Origin: Rotaria socialis
Lineage: Eukaryota
Assembly: GCA_905331295.1 (NCBI GenBank)
Contig: CAJNYD010000373.1
Location: forward strand, 62,001-126,000
Direction: 5' to 3'
DNA length: 64,000 nucleotides
Every line of letters starts with the position of its first letter. The stretch's first letter is position 1. The notes beneath the pieces were generated by a model. It made no database searches and was not told the origin of the DNA. It was given only the letters and a program-made list of their open reading frames with translations. Positions 38,974 through 51,876 of the stretch are shown here, in pieces. Both the position numbers and the translations under genes were made by a program.

Positions 38974-41900
38974 TGATAGACTGATGCTCTTCATTCCAGC
39001 TATTGTATTTAAGCTTCTACTTGATCTATGATAAACAGTATAATATCTTTTCTTCTATCATTGTCTGCTTTTTTTCTGTCTATATAGAAACATTCAAAGC
39101 GATGGATATTCAAGTATGATAGAAAAGAAATTATCTGCAGCTACAGTAACAAACACTATTACTGAAGTATGCTTGTAAAAGAAAGGATAATATAATATAA
39201 AATAGGCCATAATCTTTTTGCTAAAAGTGTTAACATTTCGAGTCAACATCAAATAAGATTCTTACTCTATTTTATTGATATCAAAGGGTAAAAAAAGACC
39301 TATCAATGGTTTATCAATATCAACATTTGATTATCTAGTGAGAAAAGAGATTGATTTACTGCTATGTGTGTAATACATATAACATGACTGTATATAATAT
39401 TGATAAATAAACAGCGTGTCAGTTAATAGTTTCATTTGTTGACTTTAAAATGAAATCATTAGCACCTTCTAAACTTCAAACAGCTGTATTTATCGAAAGT
39501 TTACAAAAATGAATTGATCAATCTATTTATTCATGAAGTGTTTTCCACAATTTACAAGCATATACACTATAGAATAGGTTCAATGGATATGACATACTGT
39601 GAAGCTTTGTCCAGAAATATAGGTATTAAATGTGGATGCTCCTCAGGATTCAGTTTTATCAGCAGCGTTTTTCAAATTGCACTTTTTGTCCCAAATCTTC
39701 CCATTGGTTTGCTGATGACATGATGATCTGGATAAAAGCAACTAGAAGACCATGTTAGAACAGATAGCTATATCAGCGTTAGAGAAATTGTCCAAGGACA
39801 TCTGATTATCAATAAACACAACCAAAACAAAAGTCATGCTATTTGACAACGCTGTCGCTTCTAATTATTCGAGTATGCTTTTGCTAGAGAGAAAATTTTG
39901 CCCGATTACATATTGAAATGCTGAAAAGATTAAAAAAAACATTTAGACAAATCTAGTGAATAATCATTATCTCTCCTAATCGCTTCAGTTTATGTCATAA
40001 AGGTATGAGATTCAGAAAAAACAGTAAACTTTTGGAAAGATTAATTCAACGAGCTACTCGTATATATACCTAGAATTATTACTTCTAAGTGCCTTACTGT
40101 CCTTGACATCAATGACTTTCACTGAAGTATCTACTCATCTCATGTCAACATTGTAAAAGACTTTTTGTCAGATGGATTTGAGCTTGGTTGAAAAAGAAAG
40201 ATTCAGGGAAGACTATTCTCATCGTTTTTTGATTCATCAATCTGGAAGGACAACTGCACTACAAATTCAATCGCTTGCAATAGAATAATCAATTCGAATC
40301 GTTCTGTTAATCAATTATCGACGAAACTACAGTGATACAATCCCTGGTAGCGATAAAATATCTGAGATGAAATGTTTTAGCTCAAACAACATGATAACTC
40401 GATTGGATTTGTTAAAATCATACAAATATTTAGATAAATCAACAAAAAAAACTAATCAATTTTAAACAAGTTATTAATCATACCCACTAGAAAATATTTC
40501 AACAAACTGTGCTAGTGAACTCGATTAGATTCGAAGGAATCACGACTATTGCACTTCGTCAGTTTTTAATTGAATGAAATAATTGTGAGTTTAATAACAG
40601 TGCATATGGGCTTTTTTGCTTGAAAACGAATATGCAGGGAGCCCGTAATTACGCGTTCATAAACTTCAACATATTTAATTAATCCTCATACACTATTCGA
40701 GTCGTCTCGTTGAAAGATTGTTTTGTCGTTTCTGTACGACAGATGCGCTTGTAGATGATAACAGGATGGTATACGCTTGGTAGCGGATGGTTTAATCTTT
40801 ACATGCATATCAACTGTTGACCTCTTCCTAATGCTGTCCTATCTTCACTAAGAAACTATTCATAATCAGTAAGCTTTGCCAATTCACGTTGTACATTGCT
40901 TGATCAGTGTTTCTCCATGATATCGACAGTAGCGAATAAACATCATTGCCGAGGATGGTAGTGGGCTACTCAGGTTACATTATTCTTTGCTTCATAGTTT
41001 ATTTTCCTCATTTATCTTCATTTGTAGAGTATATGATATCTTTCTTAGCAGTTTACTTTGATTTTGTTTTCTTTTATAGTTAGTTAAAAGTCAACGGATT
41101 GGTAATCCTCAATCACAGAGTGTCTAAGCCTGATTCAACCTAAAGTTTCTGGTACTTTCATTGGGAATATTTTATTCTAACATAAACACCGTAGACGATG
41201 TATATTGTGAATCAATAGAACCTTCCCAATAACGTCATTCTTTTATGTCTATGCGTATGCAAAGATGCAAAACAGAGATCAAGTGAATAACATCACTAGA
41301 TATAATTAAGAAGTTTTGTTTTTGCCAGCATAAATCATAAATTCAAACGATTACGAATTCATTTTTATTATTGCCTTGTCTTTTCGAATGTGCAAACTTC
41401 ATAGATATTAAACAAAATTTATTCTTCCAATTTTATCATAATCAATTTAGTATTCATATTTTTATGAAAGATGTCGATTATTGATATTTATACTCTGTCA
41501 AATCGTTTCTTTATATTTGCTTTTATCAGCAACATTGTTCATGCATCTTAAACATAACTAACTTAAAATGTGTTTCACTAACTATTTTATGTATTTCTTT
41601 TTTAAAATTCATCATCAAATCATGCGTAATAGATCGATATTATTTCCAATTTTTAGTTATTCGATCATTTTTTAGAGAAGACCAATTTCTTTTCATAAAA
41701 ACATCAAGAAAGTCTCTTCGAATTCTATTCAATTGACTTCATGAAATTAAACTTGCAAAACATATTTCTTACAACAACACCAATAAGAAACTTCATTTTA
41801 TTTTATTTTTTTCTTTTCCAACACAAAAACTATAGAATAAATTCAAAAAATGAAACTAATTACAACAAAAAGAAACCTTTTATGAAACGAAATGAACCGT

Positions 41901-42548
41901 AAACATTGTTTCAATTATTTCTTTGCGTAACGTATATAAATCATCGATGTTTGCTAAATTTTCATGTTCATCTTCTATTTTATATAGACGATTGATAGCT
42001 GCTTCACTTGATAAAATCACTCACTTTTCCATTTATCTTCTAATAGATTTGGACAACGTGATAGTAATAACATATAAATGACTGAAAACCAATCACCAGC
42101 GTAATAATCTAATATTTTATTTCATGGTGACGAATATTGGCGTAGTACAGATGTTAATGCGGTAATAAATGCACATTCATATTCTTCTTTAAAATCATTA
42201 GATGCTGATGAATCTCAATCGACTAGATATGCATCTACATTATCAGGATCAATGAAATAATTTCATACGAACCACTCAAACTCTTTTAATTAGTCTTACT
42301 TTAAAATATTTTCCTATCCCTATTTCTGAATTCAATGCATCTTCTCGAGTGGATGCGGGATAAACTGTGATTAAGTTTCATTATCATCAATATCTTTGAA
42401 TTCGAAAGATACAGCAGATTTTTTTCTATACTACTCACATAAGATCTTAACAAAAAAATGAAAACAACACGTTCTTTCAAGTTAGTTAACGTGTCGGAAC
42501 GTAAGATGCAAAACTGTCAAGTATTGCAGTGTATTCAAGCCTGTACTA

Positions 42549-42837
42549 CCCAGGTCGAACAATACGGTCCGTATACGACCATTGACGGTTACTTTACGAC
42601 TATTTTACGGGCGAAATTTTGCCGTAATATCTGGCGCAGTAATACGGACCGTATTATCATGAGAGTACGGAACACAAACAGCCGTAAACCATGGAAATTC
42701 AGTCCCGTTTACGGTGCCGTATTACTGCGCCAGGTATTACGGGCAAATGCGGCCTGTTTACTACCGTAAAGATACCGTCTTGACATCGTTTACCGTCGAC
42801 AAACAGACCGTAAACGAGTCCGTTTTGATCAACCTGG
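42549..42837. mobile_element. MITE with TIRs and TA flanks
   Basis: Left end ta|CCCAGGTCGAACAATACGGTC versus reverse-complemented right end ta|CCAGGTTGATCAAAACGGAC. The interior is rich in tacgg/ccgta motifs in both orientations and is GC-richer than the flanks. Confidence 0.75.
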
Positions 42838-43669
42838 TAGGCGTACATAAAAACACGATTAAAATATCCGTTTTCGTGTTCAATATTGTATCTTCAATCA
42901 TCGGTGCCTATTCTATTGTTCTCATAGTTTGGTTTTATTCAATTTTGACAGGTAAAAAAATTAGAACAAACAATCATATTCAGTTCGATAGATGGCAGTA
43001 GCATAAACAATACTAGAAATGAATCATCACTATATTAAACATCATCAGAAAGAACGAACTCAACAAATAAATATAAATAACAGTCTTCTTTCTTTCTATA
43101 CTGATGGTTACTTGAGACCCTCCATTTTCTCCTTCCTTTCCCCCTCTTATTTGTTTACTCTTATTTTGTTGACATCATGTGGGCTGTACTTTTATTCATA
43201 ATTCTGTAATCATCCCTTACTTATATCATGAATATATTCGCATGTTTTTTGCTACATTTGAAGGCAGTGAAGCAAATCACAATCGACATTCACTAATAAA
43301 ATATATCTTATTTTCTTTTTTTTTTCTTTTTCTTTTCTTTAAAGGCAAGGTGAAGAAAATAGAGTAACAGGGTTGAGGGGCGAAGCAAGAAAGGAAAAAA
43401 AGAATCTTAACGAATATACGAGAAAAAAAAACAACTACTGCGTAGAGTGAAACATTTTTCTGACTCCCTTTTTCGCTGTGTTTGATCAAATACTCCTCTC
43501 TCTCTTCATTTGTTGTTTGCTATTTTCTATTCCTTTTACAGCCAATATTTTTTTGCTAGTCACCAGCTCATTTTGATTAGATTTACATAGATGATGTTTT
43601 CTTTTTGGTTTTCTTTAATTAGATTTTGAACCATTTATCGAAAAATCAACTGAATAAAACGCTCGCATC

Positions 43670-44907
43670 ATGGTAAAGCTTCTAGTTTTTGCCATTTTAC
43701 TGGCATCATCGCCAGCTACCGGTTTACTCGAAGCTCTGTTTCGTACTGAAAACGGTTGCTATACTGGTTGCTCTACAAATTATGCAGCTAGTTCAGGCCA
43801 TTTGAATGCTTGCAGAAAAGGTTTGCTCATTGAAATCAATTGTTAGAAAAATCTTACTTATTGATTGATTAAATTTAGGTTGTGATTTCAAGTTACACAA
43901 TGAAAATTGCGCAAGTAAATGTAAATCATTTCCAGAAGATAGTGGACTTATAGCTAGCTGCGAAGTCGGCTGTACTTTGGGTGGTTCACGTGATGAGACA
44001 ATAAGTTCAAAACCTATCATTGACGTTGATCCAATTTCAGTAAGATCAATATCTTAATTTTAAACTTAATCATAATCATAATCATATTCTAGGAAGAGAA
44101 AGATCTAGTAACTACGCCTGTAAACGTACAACCAGAACGTCCACGCTCAATTATTCTTATACGCCTTCGTCAACATCCATCAGTTGAAGGTCCAATGATG
44201 CCAATGGGAAATATGCATCATTTCTTCAATGGTGATCCAATCCAAATGTTCAATGATATCATTAAACAATTTCAAGCACGAGCTAATAACATGGAACAAT
44301 CAATTCGTCATTCATTTGATGAAAATTCAAATGAACTTTCAAAACTTCCAGGTTTTGAGAGTGTACAAGAATTATCAAGAGATATGCCCATTGTTCGTAT
44401 ACCAATCAAGAGTGATTCTGATTCAGATTCATCAAGTGAAGAACACCATGAAAAACGTCCAATGATGAATGAGCATCACCATAACTTTAAACATCTTCAT
44501 GACTTCCACCATCAGCGTGAACACATGCAACCAATACATAATCGTTTTCGACAATTCGTTACTGATGTTCGTACCGAATGGAATGATCTTGTCCGTAAAC
44601 AACCCAAGATCCCAATATGGATCTTTCTTGCCATTTTTCTTTCATCATCAGTTATTCTTTGGTGTAAGTTCATTATTTTATTCTGTATCATACGATAATC
44701 ATTTATTGTTTTCTTTTAAATTTAGATATGGTTATGTCACTTTGTCGCCATACACCATCTCGTGGTGCATTATCAATTCGTGCTCAAGAACTTATCTTTC
44801 ATCCATACGATTATGAAGCATATGAAAAAGAAAAAATTCAACCTGATGATCAACCTTATGAGGCTACAGAATCATTACCAATTAAAGTTAAATTATCCAA
44901 TATTTAG
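43670..44907 (+). CDS. TMEM59: TMEM59/BSMAP-like type I membrane protein
   Basis: Signal peptide MVKLLVFAILLASS; Cys pattern CYTGC..ACRKGC..CASKC..SCEVGC; TM segment IWIFLAIFLSSSVILWYMVMSLC; C-terminus EATESLPIKVKLSNI resembles the TMEM59 LPxKVxL tail. Four exons. Confidence 0.75.
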
Positions 44908-45496
44908 ATGCATTTTATTTATTGTATATATCACCTGATGGAAGAAGATATATTTATTTCACGATCTGACTGATATTTAAAATGACATCATTTTCTTCTC
45001 CTTAAACAGTTTTCTTTTTTTAAAGATTTATTTCAAAGCGTTTATTACTACAAAAACAAAATATTTCATTCCAGCTTGTTGTATTCATCGTAGTTAGATT
45101 CTATTCAACAAATCTTGTCATGCTTATACACGACTTCTTTTATTCTTGTTTTTCAATCATAGCGAAACAACATTTTCTCTCGAAGCTCTTTTTTTCGCTT
45201 TTCTTCCTACCATCAACTTTTCTCTCTTTTTTTTTCGTTCTGTTTGTTTTTATTCCGATATTGTCAACAATAAATCTTCAAAGAAAAACCATTATCCTTA
45301 TTAAGATTCAATTTCAGTTCGACCAAGATTTCTTTTGACAATAATAAAATACATACAAATATACAATGACAAAAAGAATTTAAACTAATAGAGAGCAATT
45401 ATATGTATATGTTTACAACACATAGCAAAGATGATGAGAAATAATTTTTATTCTATTTATTGAATAGACGAATGCACCACAAAAAGGAAAAATTCA

Positions 45497-48400
45497 TTAA
45501 TTGACTGATTGTATATCTGAAAAGTAAGGATGTTGAAGAGCATCGACTGCTGATATTCGTTGATTTGGATTACAAATTAGACAACGCTAAAATATACAAT
45601 AACTTAATATTATGACTGAACCATAGAAAATCTTGTTCATAATGATGCTGAAAATAAATCCTATAGGGATTATATCTAAAGAGTTTATTATCATAGAAAA
45701 AAACTATTATAGCATCAGAGTTGCTTAGCAGAGATGTCCACAGGGCAGGGTTACCCTATCATGTGCCCTGTCATGAACAGTGACAGGGAGAAAAAAATTA
45801 ATTTAGCCCCACCCTGAGTAGAGACAGGGTGAGAGATATACCCTGCAAAATGAAAACCTAGTTGTTTGAATTTCTGATTTGAAAAAAAATACCCAATTAT
45901 GTACGTGAACAATGCTTTGAATATATTAGAAAACAAATTAAGAAACTAAGTGAAAAACAAACACAACAACAACACTTCATCAAACCACCAAAAAAAGACT
46001 TAAAGTAGAAAATAATTTTTTTTGAGCGATTTGAATCTGGAAGTTTAAATGAAGAGCTAACTGATAATAACAGTAACGGAAATGAAAGTGAAGAATATGA
46101 TTATACTGTAAAAAAAAGGTGATGAACTTGATCGATATCGATTGTTTGAATTCGATAAAAACAAAGCAACCGTTAGATTTTTGGAAAAATCAGCAAGAAA
46201 CTTTTCCATATCTTTCAAAGTATGCTCGATCAATGTTTTCAATTCCTACAACAACAACAACAAATGTGAAAAGAGAATTTTCCACAGCTGGTTGGATGAT
46301 CTTGAACGAAAGAAGAACAAGTCTTCAACTAGATAGTCTAGAAAGCACTTTATTAGTGAGATCAGCGGAAAAACATTCACATAAAAAGTAAATTATCTAT
46401 TTATTGTTAATTTTTTTTTCTTGCTCATGGTGGTTATCTTTTTTTTCTGCTGTTATTTTTGTAAATTTTGTTGAACTGAAGTTCTACAATAAACTTGTGA
46501 GCCTAGGTTAATTATATATATTGTATCATTCACTTTTCTTATTGCACACTTATTTATTCTGTTATTTGGGGTGGAATATTACTATTATTCTAAAATTAGC
46601 TTAATTTAAATTAAAAATTAAAAACATCCTCTAGGATACAATGAGAAAAATGCCTTTTTATTATAAAATATAACGAAAATGACTACACAGACACTGTTTC
46701 AATTCAGCAGGGTACCTTGCTCTGTCCTGTTTGAAGACTGACAGGGCGGGGCAAGGTGCATCTCAAATTTATTTATTTATTTTTCAACAGGACAGGGCAG
46801 AGGTAGACAGGGTGCACAACGTCACCCTGTGGACATCTCTGGCACTTAGTCTCCTAATTAATTATGTCAAACTTTTCAGATGACATTTTTCAAATGAACA
46901 ATCAAAACATAGAATGATCGATGGGTTGTATATTTTAAATCAATTTCGAGACGAAATAAATTTAAAAAGAAAACGGTGAGTGATGAAATCTATATTTTTT
47001 TCTTTGAATGCAGCGATTTGAAAATGCTATGCTATACAGTAAGCACTCATTATTGAGTCATCGAATATATTTTGACATTTCGAAATTCTTTGAAGCTTTG
47101 AGTAGTTGACAAGAGGATATGTATTGAAAAAATAATAATGACTACTTGACGAATGAAAGAATACTTCTGCTCGCTTCAGAAAAAAACAAGTTCACCTCGT
47201 ATGGATTGTAAGCATAGCACGCTTTTTGAGAAAATAAAATACTACTACTATTACAAACTATTCTAAAAGATTGAATAATTACCAGTAAAAGGTCTTTGCC
47301 TTTATTATTTAATTTAGGAACAAAATGAATCAGAGATAATGTTGGTTGATAAATTGAAAATGGTTTATATTCTGGAAGAGTTGAAACACCAGGCCAATTT
47401 TCTTCAGTTGGTGTTCCAATCACTCTATAAATATATATATATATATATTGGTTTTTGGAATAATTAAATAAATCAAAATCATTCTATTTACTTGAATATT
47501 CTTCTCAATTGATCATCAACACTTTCTCCTGAAAATAGAGGCTTTCCACCATTTGCTAATTCAGCAAATATACATCCAGCAGACCCTGAAAAAAAAGAAA
47601 CGTTTTTGAAATCACCTCATTGAAATTATCATTTTCTATTTGCATATGTCAATTGAAGTTGTATAAATTTTGGCACCAAATAAAACATCTGGTGGACGAT
47701 ACCAAAGAGTGACTACTTCTGATGAATAACATTTGACAGGAATGCCGTAAGCTCTCGCTAAACCAAAATCGGCTAATTTTAATTGTCCATTCTAAAATAA
47801 GCAAGAAAAAAAAGAGAAGATTTCTATTGATTTCAAACCATCACGAATAATAAAAAACCTTTGTCAACAGTAGATTTTGTGGTTTAAGGTCGCGATGAAG
47901 TACACTGTGCTCATGGCAATATGATAGGCCTTGTAATAATTGCCAGAAAAATGATTGCACTGTTTTTGCATCGATATCTCCATTGCATGAATCAAAATAC
48001 TTTTTTAAATCTTGATCGCAGTATTCAAATATGAGATTCAAAGTTTTCTCAGTATGAATAACATCTAGCAATCTATTCAACAACAAAAAACAACATATTT
48101 AACTACTTGAAAGAAAAAGACAATTCAGCTTTCATCGAAAGCTCATACTTTATTTATTGGCGGTAGCTTTCTATTCGTATTTCGCTGGCGGAGTCATTTC
48201 ACAGAGCTCTCTTATGATTTGTTGATAATGGCAAAATAATTCGATGGCGAATTGCCTCAGAAAATATTTATAACAGTTTTCAATGATTTATATGTTGATT
48301 AAACGCTCATAATAAAACGATAGGAATTATTTACATCTGTGATTTGACATTATTTATTGCTTCAAATATAAGTTTTGCGTCAATTGTAGCATATGAAGAA

Positions 48401-48884
48401 ATTTGAGATACTGGAACTATGTTTAACTACTATGATCCGTTGCAATATAAGTCATATTAGGTCTGACTGTTTTCTATTATTTCTACGTTTGCAATAGGAA
48501 CTATCTTATTAGACAGTGAGTTGACTCAAACTAATTCGAAACAATAAAAAAACAAATTTACCTGACGATATTTGGATGACGTAATTCTTTTAGGAGACAA
48601 ATTTCACGCAGAGCGGAACTCGGTACGCCCTATAGAAAATAGAAAGATAAATTGAAAATATCTTCAAGAAATTTGTCATACATCATCTTCATCGTCAAGT
48701 CGAACTTTTTTTAAGGCTACTATTTCTTGTGTTAACAAACTACGAGCTCTATATACGGTACCATAAGTACCTATGGAAAAAATAAATAAAAACTTTCATT
48801 TATAATCGACAAAATCAATTTCTTTTGCTCGTTTTTACCTTCTCCAATGCGTTCGATTTTTTCATATTTATCAGTTCTAGACAT
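45497..48884 (-). CDS. CDK5: Cyclin-dependent kinase 5
   Basis: [51 protein letters not shown] (PSSALRE is the CDK5 signature), [46 protein letters not shown]. The last exon is [22 protein letters not shown]. Confidence 0.95.
45729..46841 (+). mobile_element. Internally deleted hAT DNA transposon in the last intron of CDK5
   Basis: Perfect 17-bp TIRs CAGAGATGTCCACAGGG and subterminal ACAGGG/CCCTG repeats. The putative 8-bp TSD is degenerate (TTGCTTAG versus GCACTTAG). It carries a frameshifted hAT C-terminal dimerisation remnant: [47 protein letters not shown]. Confidence 0.9.
46118..46391 (+). pseudogene. hAT transposase C-terminal dimerisation domain fragment
   Basis: [14 protein letters not shown] is in one frame and KQPLDFWK...LLVRS in another, with the frameshift in the A-run near 46157-46161. 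No catalytic core is present. Confidence 0.85.
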
Positions 48885-48944
48885 CTAAAATATCATACAA
48901 AAGAAAAAAAGCATATTTAGAATTTAATAGAATAGAAAAAAAGA

Positions 48945-51467
48945 TCAAGGTTCAAGTATCGAAAGAAATTCTGTCATGTCAAAAACATTCGCTGCTGGAA
49001 CAAAGTCAAATAAATCATTCGTTTGTTTTGTCGTATCACTTTGATCGAATTGGGCAACAAAACTATTAATATCAATTGTTTTTGATAAATTAGCTAAATG
49101 ATTCATTTCAACGAGAAACGATGCTGATAATTTATTCGCTATATTTTGTATATTTAATTTTTGAAATACATTTTCTTCCGAATCACTTAATTGTTTAAGC
49201 ATAAGGGAATCAAATTTAATTCGTGCTTTTTCGCGTATTAATTCATTGCTAGCTAGAGCACTCATTAAAACTTCACGTGCTTTATTTAACAATTCATTTC
49301 GTTGTCGTTCAGTTTCAATTCGAACAACAGCAGCAGTTTCTTGACTTTCAGCTGTCTCTGTAAAAAGTGGTTTCAACATTAATGTGTGAAGACGTTTTGT
49401 TATTGGTGCTGGCAATTCAACTCTAAATATATAAACAGCATCGACATCAACAAAGTAACCATTCGAACAAGAACTTGATGTATCATTGCAATGAGATAAT
49501 GTTGAGCAGGAATGTTCAATGGTTTTTGAACATGTTTTTTGTTGACAACATATAGGACAACAATCACCTGATAATGTGTGTTGTAATTTACGAGATAAAC
49601 GATATTCAACGTGTTCTCGGCGTGCACGATAATCATAAATTGAAAATTGATTACCATGATTACGAAGAACATTTTCAGTAACAAGACGAAGAACTCGTTC
49701 GTGTTCAGTTGCAAAATTTAACCATATAGATTCAATTTGATTGGGTCTAAATAAAAAATAGCAAAAACGATATCACACTTTGTAGTGTAATAACTAGATT
49801 ACAAGATTAACAAAATCCTAAACGAGTATCATTTGATGCAGTTTATTTAATTACATTGCACTTCAGTAGTCTTGTAGTTTATGGAGAAATCTTTCAAGAA
49901 TTTGCACAGAAATGAATTAAATATATATTGATCTCATTCTTATTTCAAGTGTTTCTTTTGATACTTGTAAAATTTCAAAGTTTTCAAAGAAAACTACTAC
50001 GTGAATCTTGTTTCAATGGATTTCTTGAAATTCCCAGCAATAGTTAAGAAAAGCATAATATGGAATTCCAAAAATATAAGATCTATTTTCGTTCTAATTC
50101 ATTTTTGAATCATAATACCAGGCAAGAAGAATCATCATTGTGTTTTTGAAAGTTTTACCAAAATGTTCTCATGCAAATAACCATGGCAATATAATATTAT
50201 CTCTAGATAAATATGATATTTACTATTTAGCAATTACTTCTCGTTCTCAGGATAAAACATGAGCGATAAGATGTCAGATACCAACAAAAGTTAAAGAATA
50301 GTGTCAAATAACCACTCGTTTTTCTTCTTCTAAGGAATAATATTAAAGTAGTTCCATACCTGATTCGATAGACAATTGAAGCCTCTAAAACGATGCTAGC
50401 TTGATCAGTAGTAAAAATTGCGAAATCATTAAAATTCAGATATCGAGCTGTTTTATCAAATCTAACCATTCTTTCCCATGGTAATATGATATGGACACCA
50501 TTGGAATATGGATGTTTTAAATCCAAAACGCCTGTTATTAAATTATGGGTTACGCCAAACTAAAAAAGAAACATTATATAGAATCGAGAAAAAATAAAGA
50601 TAAATATTATAAATACTTCATCATAATCAACACTTGTATAGCCAAGTATCACGATAATAATTAGAAGAATCATAAGTAGAATAACAATACCAAATACTAT
50701 TATTGGTAATAGTCTTTGATTATGATTACCAGCCGGCATTAAACTAAATATAATAGATTAGACTAGAAAATAGATTTTCATTTAAGAAAAATTCCTTACT
50801 CAGCCCAGAAATTACGTGCCATTTGTTGTAAACGACCATATTGACGCTCATCGGATGATCGACGACGTTCATCTGATTGAGTATGTCGTTGAGCAGAATG
50901 ACGATGGCGTTGTCGAACTGAAACATCATCATCATCAGGTTCCGGACGAAAATGAACATGAGGTTGTCCATCATTATTATCATCAATATTCAATGGAAAT
51001 GGTGTTGCTATAAATTATCTATGATTAAATCGAATAACATATGAAATATTTCTTACTTTCGTCATCTTGGTCAATAGGACGTGGAATATCATTATTGGTG
51101 GGTAACAATGGTTCGCTCTAAACATTAGAAAAATAAATTAAATAGAGAATAACAAGGGATGGCTAGCGAGGCTAAATTCACACACAATATGTTACATATA
51201 ACGTAGTAACGGGTAAGAAAAGATCCCGAAGTTCAAGGATACACCCATTTCTTTGTCTCACGCATTTAAAGGTGTTTCCTGCTCAGTGCGATAGTTTTAA
51301 TAAATAACAAATATAAATTATTATTCTTACCACTTCACTTAATTCGGTTTCCTCTGCAGTTGCTAGTTTCCCAACGTTCTAAAGTATAAAAATCAACAAT
51401 TTTTTCTTGCAATTACTGTTTCAATTACTTCTATTGACGATAATGGCGATCGTCCTGATGGATTCAT
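48945..51467 (-). CDS. SPFH/band-7 (prohibitin/stomatin-like) membrane protein with a Cys-rich insert
   Basis: Seven exons join in phase. They encode an acidic N-terminus, a TM segment (IIVFGIVILLMILLIIIVILG), then YTSVDYDEFGV..NGVHIILPWERMVRF..IFTTDQASIVLEASIVYRIRP..YRARREHVE..VDAVYIFRVELP and an Ala/Glu-rich coiled coil. This is the typical SPFH layout. Confidence 0.75.
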
Positions 51468-51876
51468 TTTATATGTGCTTATTTAATAGCTCATCTAAAA
51501 GAATATCTTTTGAATTTAGATGGCAAAGAAAAAAAAATAGATGTATATATATAACAAAAGAAAACTGATTGATTGCTATTATCATGTCGTTTGATTCGTA
51601 GAAAAAATAAATAAATTACAAAAAAAAGAATCTTATAGATGTATATATAAAAACCAAAGAAGCGTTAAAAAAATCAAATTTGCGAATCATCGTCAACGAC
51701 TAAAACAAACAAAAAATATATGAATACATTTTTATTTATTCAATGATTTCAACAAAATTAAATAGTAGCATATATTAGTCTAGAATAGCCTACAAGATAT
51801 TTTTCTGAAACGAGCATCTTTTTTTTCTCTAGATTCAATTCCTACCTCCTGAGAAGCAACTCATTGTTGGACATTT

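Noticed and set aside
39500..42300. Slightly coding-like intergenic stretches, possibly decayed pseudogenes
   Set aside because: There are multiple stops in all frames and no recognisable domain.
42458..43001. ORFs of 103 and 95 aa
   Set aside because: They are chance ORFs across the GC-richer MITE and have no protein motifs.
47142..47230. Possible alternative CDK5 terminal exon (ACYAYNPYE)
   Set aside because: There is no in-phase AG acceptor for that frame, and the canonical last exon at 45497-45588 completes the kinase.
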